DNA of 52,209 nt, from NCBI GenBank assembly GCA_046539845.1, contig JBKHGE010000012.1:1-52209 (forward strand), read 5' to 3'. The position numbers and the translations under genes were made by a program. Source of the DNA: Desulfonatronovibrionaceae bacterium (GTDB lineage Bacteria > Desulfobacterota > Desulfovibrionia > Desulfovibrionales > Desulfonatronovibrionaceae). Below the pieces are notes generated by a model, which ran no database searches, was not told the DNA's origin, and saw only the letters and a list, made by a program, of their open reading frames with translations. Below are positions 41,061 to 50,180 of this stretch, piece by piece (the stretch's first letter is position 1; every line of letters starts with the position of its first letter).

Positions 41061-41346
41061 GTTGGGCCTCCCGAAGTATATCTCCTCTAAGTTCCGGATG
41101 AAGGGAATCCTCAGTCACCAGATCAACAGGGCCTCCAAGCAACTTGCTCAATTCATCCTTTAACTGAACAAACTCAAACAGCCCTATCTCCGCATCCGGT
41201 TTAAATTCCACCAGAAGATCAATATCGCTCCCTGACAAAGCTTCTTCCCTAACTGAGGAACCAAAAAGCATAATTTTTTTAACTGAAAATTCCTGCAATA
41301 ATTCTCTGTTGGCGCGTATTTTTTCTTCTATGTCCCTTTTGTTCAT
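41050..41346 (-). CDS. Minimal nucleotidyltransferase (MNT/MntA) antitoxin
   Basis: LFGS-x10-DID, LFEF, and LLGGPVDLV motifs; ATG overlaps the mukB-like stop (ATGA). Confidence 0.9.
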   Translation of the reverse strand: MNKRDIEEKIRANRELLQEFSVKKIMLFGSSVREEALSGSDIDLLVEFKPDAEIGLFEFVQLKDELSKLLGGPVDLVTEDSLHPELRGDILREAQHVD

Positions 41347-44300
41347 AACCGTCCCTCGCTTCTCATCTCCGAATTTTCTTCCTGTCCGTGATACACGCTG
41401 ACCTGGGTCACCCCCTCGGAAAGAGGAGACAGCATGTGGCAAAGCGATCCCGGCACCCCTACCACCCGGGGGAGGGCTACCAACAGCTGGCAATGGACCT
41501 GCTCCAGAAGTCCGCGTATGGTTTTGAGCGACTCGTCATCCAACCGTTCAGCCTCGTCCAGGGCCATCATCAACACTCCCTGACCCTGTCCGGCACCGTG
41601 CTCTTTTCCAAAATAAAAAAGCAGGCTCAGACAAATAGCCAGATTCATGCCCAGCCCCTCGCCTCCGGAAAGCCCTCCGGTCCGATTCTCGCCGGACTCA
41701 TCCTCTACCTCGTATCCGATGCGGATATAGCTGCGGTAATCCAGGATCTCCTCCTCGGCCAGCCGGGTTCGGCCATAGCGGTATATGGTATTCTGGATAT
41801 CCGCGATGAATTCCTGCACGGAAACGCTTCCATCCAGCTGAAACAGATTCATCTGTTTTCCGCGCAATTTTTTAAGGCCCTCGTAGGCCTGATTTGTATC
41901 CCGGCGAAGAGAGATGCGCCGTATCCGCCCGAAGCGGAGTCCGGATAGAATGCGGTTTACACCGGAAATCTTGCGGTCCAGTTGGTGAATCTCCTGATCC
42001 ACGCCGGTTCTGATCTGCTCCACGTAATTGCGAATCCTGCCCTCTATCTGGCCCAGCTCCGCGCGCAATTCGCGCAGGGTGTTTTCCTGATCCTCCAGAG
42101 CGACATCCTGTGGAAGCAGGTTGGTAAGCATGTCCGTGACCACCGTCTCCGGATCGCTGTCCCGGGGGACGCGTATTTCCTGTTCCTCGGCCAGGGCCTT
42201 TATTTCCTCGTCCAGCTCGCTGCTAGTCCTTTCCCATTCGCTTTCGGCCGTGGCTCTTTCTTTTTCCGTAGCCCGCATCTCCGGGACCGGTTCCCGGGGA
42301 TAGAACCCGGAAAATTTCTGCAAGGCCTCGTCCCGTCTCTGTTCCGCCTTGGCCAGCTCCCGCTCCTGCCGGGCAATGCTTTCCGCCAAATCGCGTAATT
42401 CGTTTTTGCAGCCGCCTTCCTCACCCAGTTTCTGTTCCCGCACCCGGCGCTTGCGCTTTATCTCTCCCTGGACGCGCTCAAGCTCCCGTTCCAATTCCTC
42501 GGCCCGGCTAAAATCAATCTTCCCCTCCAGGATCTCCCGGGGTTCCTCTTCCTCAAGGGTCTGCATCCTGTTTTGCAGTTTCTTTTCCTCGGCCGCGTGC
42601 TTCTCGCATTTTTTCTGCAAATCCTTTATATCCTGTTCCAGCCTGGAAAGGGTCCTCTCCAATTCACTCTTTTCCGCCTGCTTTGTATCCAGACTCTCTT
42701 GCGCGCGTTCAATTCCTTTTTGCTCTTTTTCAAACTCTTCTGGAGCACCTTCAAAATCAAAGGCCCCTGCCAATCCGCTCACTCTGTCCACGGCCGCCCT
42801 TTGCTGGCGCATTAACTTGGCCCGGCCTTCCAGTTCCCGGACCTCCGCATCCAGGCGTTTAAACTCGCTTTCCGCGTCTCTGTCCAAATACGCGGTCCAT
42901 GCGGACAAAAGCTTATCTATCAAGTCGATAATAAAGTTCAGCTCCTTTTCCCTCTCTTCGGTATCTCCTGCTTCCCGCCTTAAATTTTCCATTTCCCGGT
43001 TTATCTCGCGCATCTGCTCCGCGCGCGCCTCCACCCCGAGGAGGACCGGACCGCGCGGCGAATACCAGCCAAGCCCGCTGGTTCCGGCGATTGTTCCCTC
43101 ATCGCTTTCAACCATAATACCGCAATCAGCCAGCTTGCTCTCTTCCGGCTCGACTATCAGAAAGGGATCCTCACCTTGTGCCAAATCTTGCCACCTGCTT
43201 CCTTTTGCAGGCTCCAGCGCACTGACGAAAGGACCGAGTCCGGCCTGCTGTTTTTCCGCTGCTTTCAGGTCCAGATGCTCGAAACGGGCGGCATAAGGAA
43301 CGCCGTATCCGTTTTCAACCAGACGAGCGGCACCCGGCGGCAGGGGCGGACGCCCCTTTTTGAGTTCCTCCAGGTCCAGTTCCAATTTCTCAAGACGCTT
43401 GTTCAACTCCTCGCGTTTCACCCATTCTTCTTTGATAAACCCTTGACGCTTCTTCTTTTCTTCCTCAAGCCGCGCTTTTGCAAAGCCGGATTCTTTTTCC
43501 GGGGCGATATAGCGCTTGAGGCTGCTCGCCTTTTCAAGCGCGGCCAGATGAGCGTCCAGGCGTTTTTGGGCTGCATCCCGTTCGCGGCGCAAATGCTCCA
43601 GAGAACAGAAACGATCCCACTCGGTCCGAAACTCACGCCTGAGCTGCTCCCACTCTTGCCTGTTTTGCACGGGACGGGCAAAGAGTTCAGCGCATTGTTC
43701 AAGCCCGGCGCAAAGCTCTTCCCATTGCCCCTTCTCCCGGCTCAGACGCTTCACCCGCTCCCGGGCGGCGGCCAAGTATTCCTTGAGCTCAGCGATCTCG
43801 GCATCCACCTTGCCCAGGGATTCCCGACCGGTACCAACCTCCTGTTCGTGCCGCTTCAACTCGTTTTCGGCCTTTTGCTTTTGCTCTTGTTTCTCCGGCA
43901 GGGCGTCCGCAGCCTCTTTGTATGCCCGATAATGCTCCAATCTGCGGTTAAGGTCCGATTTTCTGCCCAAGTACTTGTCCCGCTGCGCCTCCAAAAACTC
44001 CAATTCCTTTTCCAGTCCGTCCAGTTCCTCACGCAGGGACTTAATCCTCTTCTTGCCTTGTGCTTCGCGCTTTTGTTGCTCTAAAAGTCCGGCCCGCAGC
44101 TTTTCATAAGCGGAAACGCACAAGACCGCGTCCATGCCCAGAGCCCTGAACCTCTCCCTATCCAGGCGCTTTAGAAGCCCTTCCAAACGCCTGCGTTTAT
44201 CCCGGATCCATTCCAGTCGCCTTAGCTTTTGCTCAATTTCCCGCCTTTTTTGCATCAAGGTTTCCACATGGTTAAAACTCAACTTTTTCTTTTTCTTCTC

Positions 44301-44957
44301 CGAGCAAAGCATCCGTTCCAGAAACTTGTGCAGACGATCCATACGCGGACGGCTGACCTGCTGCCAGAGGGCGCCGAAAAGTTCCTTTCCCGCGCCCTTG
44401 GCAGATAGATCCATGGGAAAAAGACCGTTTTCAAAAAGAAAGCTGTGGTAAGCCTCCACGCTTTCAAAATCCCGGACCAGAGCCAGCGGGGAGGTCGCGA
44501 GCACGTTTTTCTGAAGTTCGCGACGGTCGGGGCAGATGCGTCCGGTTTCCTCATCCAGAAAAAATCCACTTTCCGGTTCCACCCCTTCCAGAACATACGG
44601 CTGCAATTCAACGCCCACCCCGCTCGGCTTGACCCGCATGCGCACTCCTACCGCACCGACTGTCTCGTGTCCGGTTATTTGCAGGCATATCCAGGCTATC
44701 CTGCCTCGCAGCTGCCCGGCCAGATCCCGCTCGCCATGCCCGGAGGCAGCATTCAGATTTATGTGCCGCAGATGGCAGATAAAAACAGTCTGCACCGCGT
44801 CCAGAAGCGTGGTTTTACCCACGGCGTTGTTTCCGGACAAAATGGTCATCCTCGGATGCAGCAAAATGTCAGCGTGCGGGAAATAGCGGTATCCGAAAAG
44901 CATGAGCCGGCTTACGTTTATCTCCTCCAGGGCGAACAACTTTTCAGGACTGTTCAT
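41343..44957 (-). CDS. MukB/MksB/JetC-like SMC ATPase (1204 aa)
   Basis: N-terminal Walker A SGNNAVGKTT, long coiled coils around a central globular region, LDYRSY, signature LSGGE, Walker B/D-loop MALDEAERLD and QLLVALP. Start at ATG 44957 after a GGAG SD. Confidence 0.85.
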   Translation of the reverse strand: MNSPEKLFALEEINVSRLMLFGYRYFPHADILLHPRMTILSGNNAVGKTTLLDAVQTVFICHLRHINLNAASGHGERDLAGQLRGRIAWICLQITGHETVGAVGVRMRVKPSGVGVELQPYVLEGVEPESGFFLDEETGRICPDRRELQKNVLATSPLALVRDFESVEAYHSFLFENGLFPMDLSAKGAGKELFGALWQQVSRPRMDRLHKFLERMLCSEKKKKKLSFNHVETLMQKRREIEQKLRRLEWIRDKRRRLEGLLKRLDRERFRALGMDAVLCVSAYEKLRAGLLEQQKREAQGKKRIKSLREELDGLEKELEFLEAQRDKYLGRKSDLNRRLEHYRAYKEAADALPEKQEQKQKAENELKRHEQEVGTGRESLGKVDAEIAELKEYLAAARERVKRLSREKGQWEELCAGLEQCAELFARPVQNRQEWEQLRREFRTEWDRFCSLEHLRRERDAAQKRLDAHLAALEKASSLKRYIAPEKESGFAKARLEEEKKKRQGFIKEEWVKREELNKRLEKLELDLEELKKGRPPLPPGAARLVENGYGVPYAARFEHLDLKAAEKQQAGLGPFVSALEPAKGSRWQDLAQGEDPFLIVEPEESKLADCGIMVESDEGTIAGTSGLGWYSPRGPVLLGVEARAEQMREINREMENLRREAGDTEEREKELNFIIDLIDKLLSAWTAYLDRDAESEFKRLDAEVRELEGRAKLMRQQRAAVDRVSGLAGAFDFEGAPEEFEKEQKGIERAQESLDTKQAEKSELERTLSRLEQDIKDLQKKCEKHAAEEKKLQNRMQTLEEEEPREILEGKIDFSRAEELERELERVQGEIKRKRRVREQKLGEEGGCKNELRDLAESIARQERELAKAEQRRDEALQKFSGFYPREPVPEMRATEKERATAESEWERTSSELDEEIKALAEEQEIRVPRDSDPETVVTDMLTNLLPQDVALEDQENTLRELRAELGQIEGRIRNYVEQIRTGVDQEIHQLDRKISGVNRILSGLRFGRIRRISLRRDTNQAYEGLKKLRGKQMNLFQLDGSVSVQEFIADIQNTIYRYGRTRLAEEEILDYRSYIRIGYEVEDESGENRTGGLSGGEGLGMNLAICLSLLFYFGKEHGAGQGQGVLMMALDEAERLDDESLKTIRGLLEQVHCQLLVALPRVVGVPGSLCHMLSPLSEGVTQVSVYHGQEENSEMRSEGRL

Positions 44958-45711
44958 CGTCTCCTCCGGATGCGCTTTCTTCCTCGTATTCCCCACCGCT
45001 TTCCGTTGCACCCCACAAGGCGGCCGCGATCTTTTCCACGTCCACTTCTCCCGGGCCTTTGTTTTCGGCCAGGGCGTATCTGGCCAAGTCCCAGAACCGC
45101 TGCAAGCCAGGCAGGCGGTAGATATCCAGATTTTGCCATCCGGCACGCATGTTCGGGGCAAGTTCTATGCAACGGATGCGATGCAAATCATCCAGACCGG
45201 AACGCATCCATTTCTTGAGGTTGTTTTTCTGATCCTCTTGCTCCTGCCGTGTTTTCATCCCCTTTTGCACCGGATTGAACACGGCCACGAGCATATTGAA
45301 ATCAAAACTGCCGTACAGGGTTTCGTGCACTTTCGAGGCCCGAACATAGTCCATGCTTTCCATGCCCTGACTCATGAAATACCAGGCCAGGTAGAGCCCC
45401 ATGAAGGTGGCCCCCCTTTTCAGCTTGACCGTTGATACCGCGGAAGAAGCCGAGTGCAGATAGTAAAAGGTTTCACCGCCGAACTCGCTGCCCACCACCT
45501 TGTAGCCAAGAAAGGAAAAGAATTCGCGCCATAAATCGAGGTTGATCTCGAAATAACGGAAAATCCCGCCGCAGCGGTCATCCAGACAGCATCCCGCCTG
45601 GAGCTTGTGCACGATCGCCCTGGCCTTGGCCTCGTCGCGTTGCAAAAGCTCGTGAATATTGCCGGGAAACTCGCTTTCAGACTGCCTCACATTGATTTCA
45701 AACTCGGACAT
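44944..45711 (-). CDS. MukE/MksE/JetB-like KITE subunit
   Basis: 255 aa between the kleisin-like and SMC genes; WREFFSFLGYKVV...FYYL and GLYLAWYF resemble MukE winged helices. Called mainly from position. Confidence 0.65.
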   Translation of the reverse strand: MSEFEINVRQSESEFPGNIHELLQRDEAKARAIVHKLQAGCCLDDRCGGIFRYFEINLDLWREFFSFLGYKVVGSEFGGETFYYLHSASSAVSTVKLKRGATFMGLYLAWYFMSQGMESMDYVRASKVHETLYGSFDFNMLVAVFNPVQKGMKTRQEQEDQKNNLKKWMRSGLDDLHRIRCIELAPNMRAGWQNLDIYRLPGLQRFWDLARYALAENKGPGEVDVEKIAAALWGATESGGEYEEESASGGDDEQS

Positions 45712-45725
45712 TCCCTCCCCCGGAG

Positions 45726-47063
45726 TTATTTTTTTAAAAGCCAAAGCGGCGCCACGAAAATATTCTCCTCCAGGACAAACCAGTCTCCGTCCCCGGGCCG
45801 GGCGCGGACCATGGGCCGCCATTGCGGCCAATCGCAAAGCAGGTACCACAGAGCCAAGAGCCGATTTTCATCCGCCCGGGGCATTTCCGTCCAAAGTCCG
45901 TCCAGCCACTCTTGCAGGGAAACGCCCTCATCGGGCACCTTTTCCCATCTCTGCCGGGCTATGCGCAAAAATTCCTCCTTCCATTCGGCCTCGATTCCGC
46001 GGACTTCTTCCGGCACGTATTCCCTAAGGGCAGCGAGCGATTCCATATCCATGTATTCCGGGGGGTCTTCCCGGCTCCCAGGCCAATCAATCACAATGGA
46101 GCGCAACCTGGGTTTTTCCGGCAAGGGCATGTGCACCGGAGAAAACAAGGCTTGACGCATAATTTCCATCTGCAAAGCGCACAAGCGGTCCCGCGAAGAC
46201 AGATTGCCAATGAACGACTGGTAGCTGACGCACTGATCTATGAAATCGACTATGTGCACCAGAAGCTGCTCCACCCGTTGACTGACCGCCTGCAGAAAAT
46301 CAAGCCCCTGATCGGCCAATGCGAGCATGGACCGGTCTTCCAGATATTTTTGTCTGCATAAAACAAGCAATTTTTCCAGAACCGCAAAGGAGGAGCCTTC
46401 CTGAATGGCCTCCATGATTTCCTCGACATATTCCCGGTTGGTGCGGATCATATCCAGGGCCTTGTCCAGCTCTTCCTGATCACTGCCCCCGGCCAGCCTC
46501 TTGATCTCCGCCTCCAGGGACAGAACGCCCTCCTCAATGCCCTCCAGCTTGTGCTCGATCGCTTCCCGGCTCATACCCAGCAGACTGTGCTGCAAGGCCT
46601 TGCGCAGCTCCTCGCGATCTCCTTCGTCCACCGCGCTTTTCAAGGTAACGTAGGCCGTGTTTATATGCGTGCACAAGTCCTCGGTTCCGTACTGCACGTC
46701 CTCGACCAGATCCCGGGCCAGATTCCGGCCCAAACGGGTCAGGCAGTACTCATGTCCGGAATGCGGAGAAATCGCGTTCCGTAACAGATGAAAACGCATC
46801 AAGCGATCGATTATAGTCCGCGGCTCCGGCGTGTCTTCCTCCATGTCCAGATTTTTAACGCACCTGGCAAGCTGAATGCGAAGCTCCCGGTCTGCAATCG
46901 TCTGCCTGTCCCCGCTCTTTTCCCAGCGCCATAGCCAGCCCAGGGCAACCAGATGCACCGGCTGCAAGTTAAGCCCTTTTGGGAAACGGGTAAGCACCTG
47001 ACGGAGCTGAAGAATAAACTCCCCGGCGATGCTTTCTTCCCCAAGCCCGGATTCGCTATTCAT
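45726..47063 (-). CDS. MukF/MksF/JetA-like kleisin
   Basis: 445 aa, similar in size to MukF. N-terminal winged helix IIDRLMRFHLL...YCLTRLGRNL, then a helical bundle; first gene of the F-E-B order. Confidence 0.7.
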   Translation of the reverse strand: MNSESGLGEESIAGEFILQLRQVLTRFPKGLNLQPVHLVALGWLWRWEKSGDRQTIADRELRIQLARCVKNLDMEEDTPEPRTIIDRLMRFHLLRNAISPHSGHEYCLTRLGRNLARDLVEDVQYGTEDLCTHINTAYVTLKSAVDEGDREELRKALQHSLLGMSREAIEHKLEGIEEGVLSLEAEIKRLAGGSDQEELDKALDMIRTNREYVEEIMEAIQEGSSFAVLEKLLVLCRQKYLEDRSMLALADQGLDFLQAVSQRVEQLLVHIVDFIDQCVSYQSFIGNLSSRDRLCALQMEIMRQALFSPVHMPLPEKPRLRSIVIDWPGSREDPPEYMDMESLAALREYVPEEVRGIEAEWKEEFLRIARQRWEKVPDEGVSLQEWLDGLWTEMPRADENRLLALWYLLCDWPQWRPMVRARPGDGDWFVLEENIFVAPLWLLKK

Positions 47064-47073
47064 TCAACACCCG

Positions 47074-47787
47074 TTATTTTTCGTTTTCAAAAATATACCC
47101 CGAACCGCGCACGCTTTTGATGAATTCCGGATTTTTGGGATCATCCTCAAAATACTTGCGCAGTCTGGCGATGAACGCATCCACGGTCCGGGTCTCGATA
47201 TTCGTGTTCGTCCGCCACACGTTTTTAAGGAGTTCTTTGCGGGAGAGGACCTCTCCCTTGTGCTGTATCAGGTACTGCAGCACATTGGCTTCGCTTACAG
47301 TAAGCCGGAATTTTTCTCCGGCCCCGGTCTCCACTTCCCGGGTGTGAAAATCAATGCTTTTGTCCCCGATCCGGGCCCTGGTCTTTTCCTCGCCGGTCTC
47401 CCCATACCACTGCTTGCGGGTGAGCATGCCCTCCACCCGGAGCAGGAATTCGGCCAAGTGAAATGGCTTGGTCAGATAATCGTCCGCTCCTATCTCCAGA
47501 CCCCGGATACGGTCTTTAGCACTGGTCCGGGCGGTTAGTATCAATATGGGTAAACGGGCGTTTTCCTCTCTGATCCGGACGGCCACTTCAAACCCGTCCA
47601 CCCTGGGGAGCATTATATCCAGAACTATCAGATCAAAATCCTCGCGGGAGAGAATATCCAGTGCCTCCCGGCCGTCCCCGGCCAGAACCACAACATATCC
47701 CTCCTGCTCCAGATTGAATTTCAGCCCCCGAGCCAGACTGGCCTCATCTTCAACCAAAAGGATCCTGCTGCCTTTAATCGCCTCCAT
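47074..47787 (-). CDS. OmpR/PhoB-family response regulator
   Basis: LLVEDE, LDIMLP, LTA, GADDYLTKPF, RTVDAFIARLRK and VRGSGY motifs. Confidence 0.95.
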   Translation of the reverse strand: MEAIKGSRILLVEDEASLARGLKFNLEQEGYVVVLAGDGREALDILSREDFDLIVLDIMLPRVDGFEVAVRIREENARLPILILTARTSAKDRIRGLEIGADDYLTKPFHLAEFLLRVEGMLTRKQWYGETGEEKTRARIGDKSIDFHTREVETGAGEKFRLTVSEANVLQYLIQHKGEVLSRKELLKNVWRTNTNIETRTVDAFIARLRKYFEDDPKNPEFIKSVRGSGYIFENEK

Positions 47788-48799
47788 TTTCCGCCTCCCG
47801 GGCCTTTATCCTCTGACTCATTTTTATTAGCCCTTTTAGGTAGCGTTTTTTCCGTGTCGGGTAGCGGGGCAGCTCCAGACGAAATGAGGCCCCCTTGCTC
47901 CAATAGCGCGGGGCCACGCTAATATCTCCGCCGTGATAGCGCATTATCTGCTTGGCCCAGTACAGCCCCAATCCCGTGCCTTTTATATTCGCCGAGTCCC
48001 TGCGGCTGATGCGGTAGAATTTGTCAAAGACATACTTGGCCTCGCTCCTGGGGACACCGATGCCCCGATCCGTATAATTGAGGACAAACCTGGACTTGTC
48101 GCAGGAGACAACTATGGATATCTGGACCGGACCATCGCTGTACTTGATGCTGTTATCCACCAAATTATCCAGGACAATCCGGAACGCCTTGCGGTCCACA
48201 ACACACTGGCAGCAGGCCTGTCCGGAGAGGGTCACTGCTCCGGGGGAAAGCTTGAATTGCTCGACGAGTTCGCCAACCATGTCCTCGATCAGATCCTGCA
48301 TATTGACCACTTCAAAGGCATGGGCGATCTGTTTCTGCTCCAGGGCTGGAATTTTCAGGATCGCGCTTATGAGGTCGCTTAATCGGTTACAGTCCTCAAG
48401 CATCATGTCCACGAAAGGCTTGTACTCCCTGCGGGAAAGATCCCGGGCCTGCAGGGTCTCCAGATGCAGCTGGATGGCCGCAAGCGGCGATTTGAGCTCA
48501 TGGGTCACATTGGCGATAAAATTGTCATACAATTGAGACATCTTGAACTGAACACTCAGACGGTGAAAAAGTAGGGACATGCCCACGGCTATGGCCACCA
48601 GCAGGATAAGTCCCCCGATCAGGGCAAGCAGATTGTGCGCCGCAAAGTTCAGCTGCGGGGAGAACTTTTCCCCCATTTCATTTATGAGCATGTAACTGGA
48701 TACATACCAGTATATCCACAGACCGAGCAAAATAAGCCAGGCCAATTGCACCGCCACGAAAATAAAGATGTGGTATTTAAAGGAATGTCGATATCTCAT
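47774..48799 (-). CDS. Membrane sensor histidine kinase
   Basis: Two transmembrane segments with a short loop; NVTHELKSPL, NLVDNSIKY, DRGIG, FDKFYR and GTGLGL motifs. Confidence 0.93.
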   Translation of the reverse strand: MRYRHSFKYHIFIFVAVQLAWLILLGLWIYWYVSSYMLINEMGEKFSPQLNFAAHNLLALIGGLILLVAIAVGMSLLFHRLSVQFKMSQLYDNFIANVTHELKSPLAAIQLHLETLQARDLSRREYKPFVDMMLEDCNRLSDLISAILKIPALEQKQIAHAFEVVNMQDLIEDMVGELVEQFKLSPGAVTLSGQACCQCVVDRKAFRIVLDNLVDNSIKYSDGPVQISIVVSCDKSRFVLNYTDRGIGVPRSEAKYVFDKFYRISRRDSANIKGTGLGLYWAKQIMRYHGGDISVAPRYWSKGASFRLELPRYPTRKKRYLKGLIKMSQRIKAREAENGGD

Positions 48800-48835
48800 G
48801 TCTTCATGACCGCTCCTTTTACCCGGGCGGGGTTT

Positions 48836-48867
48836 TTTACATTTTTTTTACACAAGAGGTGGTTACA
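48836..48867. promoter_or_regulatory. Direct repeat, candidate OmpR-family binding site
   Basis: TTTACA (48836-41) and TTTACA (48847-52) at an 11-bp period, plus GTTACA (48862-67), upstream of the kinase gene. Confidence 0.45.
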
Positions 48868-49049
48868 CATAGGGACAAACGATTTATGTATATTAGTGAA
48901 AGCCGGATGGTTGATCCGTCGGGCTGTTTCAAACGCCCGGCCCTGTAAGGTGGCCGAAGTGCACCCAAAACCGGGTAAACGGCTTTCACTTACTGAGATA
49001 CCCTGAACACTGCAAACGATCAATACATCCAAAACTGTACGGAGAGACT

Positions 49050-50171
49050 ATGTACACAAGCAATATGCCTTCACTCAAGCTCGGCAGGCAGACCGTCCCC
49101 CTCCCCATTGTTCAAGGCGGAATGGGCGTGGGGATTTCCGGATCATCCCTGGCATCCGCAGTGGCTGAAGAAGGCGGGCTGGGGGTTATTTCCGGTGTTG
49201 TTCTCGGACTCCTCCACCGCGACCCGGACTCCACCCTGCGCGAAGCCAATATAGCTGAGCTGCGCTCCGAGATCAGGGCCGCCCGGGAAAAGACATCCGG
49301 GATGCTCGGGGTTAACCTCATGGTTGCGGCCACGGACTACGAGGACCTTTTGCAGGCCGCCCTGGAGGAAGACATAAACGCCGTGTTCATGGGTGCCGGC
49401 CTGCCGACCATTTTTTCGGACAAAACCACCCCGCAGATGATGCAGGAAAGCGGCAAGGCCTTTGTGCCCATAATCTCCTCAGCCAAGGCGGCAAGGGTCA
49501 TTCTCAAATACTGGAAGAAGCACTTGGGTTTTCTGCCGGACGGCTTTGTCCTGGAAGGACCCAAGGCCGGGGGACATCTGGGCTTCAAACCGGAGGAACT
49601 ACAGGACCCGGATTTCGCCCTGGAAAACCTCCTCCCACAGGTCCTGGAGGTAGTAAAGCCGTTTGAACAGGAAACCGGCCGGGATATCCCGATCATTGTC
49701 GCCGGAGGCGTGTATACCGGGGGGGACATCGCCTACTTCCTGGACATGGGTGCCAGCGGGGTGCAAATGGGCACCCGGTTCGTGGCCACCGAGGAATGCG
49801 ACGCTGCAGATGAATTCAAGCAGGCCTTTGTCCGGGCGGGGAAGGAGGACCTGACCATAATAAAGAGCCCGGTGGGCCTGCCCGGAAGGGCAATAAAAGG
49901 GCCTTTTCTGGAAAGTGTGAAGCGCGGGGAAAAGCACCCGTTTAAGTGCCCCTGGCACTGCCTGCGGACCTGCGACTACACCAAGTCCCCGTACTGCATA
50001 TCCAAGGCCCTGGTTCAGGCCAGGAAAGGCAACCTGAATCACGGCTTTGCCTTCGCCGGAGCCAATGCCTGGCGGGTGGACCGGGTCATGACCGTAAGGG
50101 AGCTAATGCAAACCCTGGCCCAGGAATACTCGGAAAGCCAAAAGCAGGAGCACCAGGCGGCCTCTTTTTAG
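49050..50171 (+). CDS. Nitronate monooxygenase / FabK-like flavoenzyme
   Basis: PIVQGGMGVGIS, EGPKAGGH, AGGVYTG, GVQMGTRF and SPVGLPGRAI motifs; Cys cluster CPWHCLRTC...YC. Confidence 0.88.
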   Translation: MYTSNMPSLKLGRQTVPLPIVQGGMGVGISGSSLASAVAEEGGLGVISGVVLGLLHRDPDSTLREANIAELRSEIRAAREKTSGMLGVNLMVAATDYEDLLQAALEEDINAVFMGAGLPTIFSDKTTPQMMQESGKAFVPIISSAKAARVILKYWKKHLGFLPDGFVLEGPKAGGHLGFKPEELQDPDFALENLLPQVLEVVKPFEQETGRDIPIIVAGGVYTGGDIAYFLDMGASGVQMGTRFVATEECDAADEFKQAFVRAGKEDLTIIKSPVGLPGRAIKGPFLESVKRGEKHPFKCPWHCLRTCDYTKSPYCISKALVQARKGNLNHGFAFAGANAWRVDRVMTVRELMQTLAQEYSESQKQEHQAASF

Positions 50172-50180
50172 GGATGCTTG

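Noticed and set aside
44958..45161. 68-aa N-terminal extension of the SMC ORF given in the ORF track
   Set aside because: It overlaps the mukE-like gene in another frame. ATG 44957 has an SD and places Walker A at the usual distance from the N-terminus.
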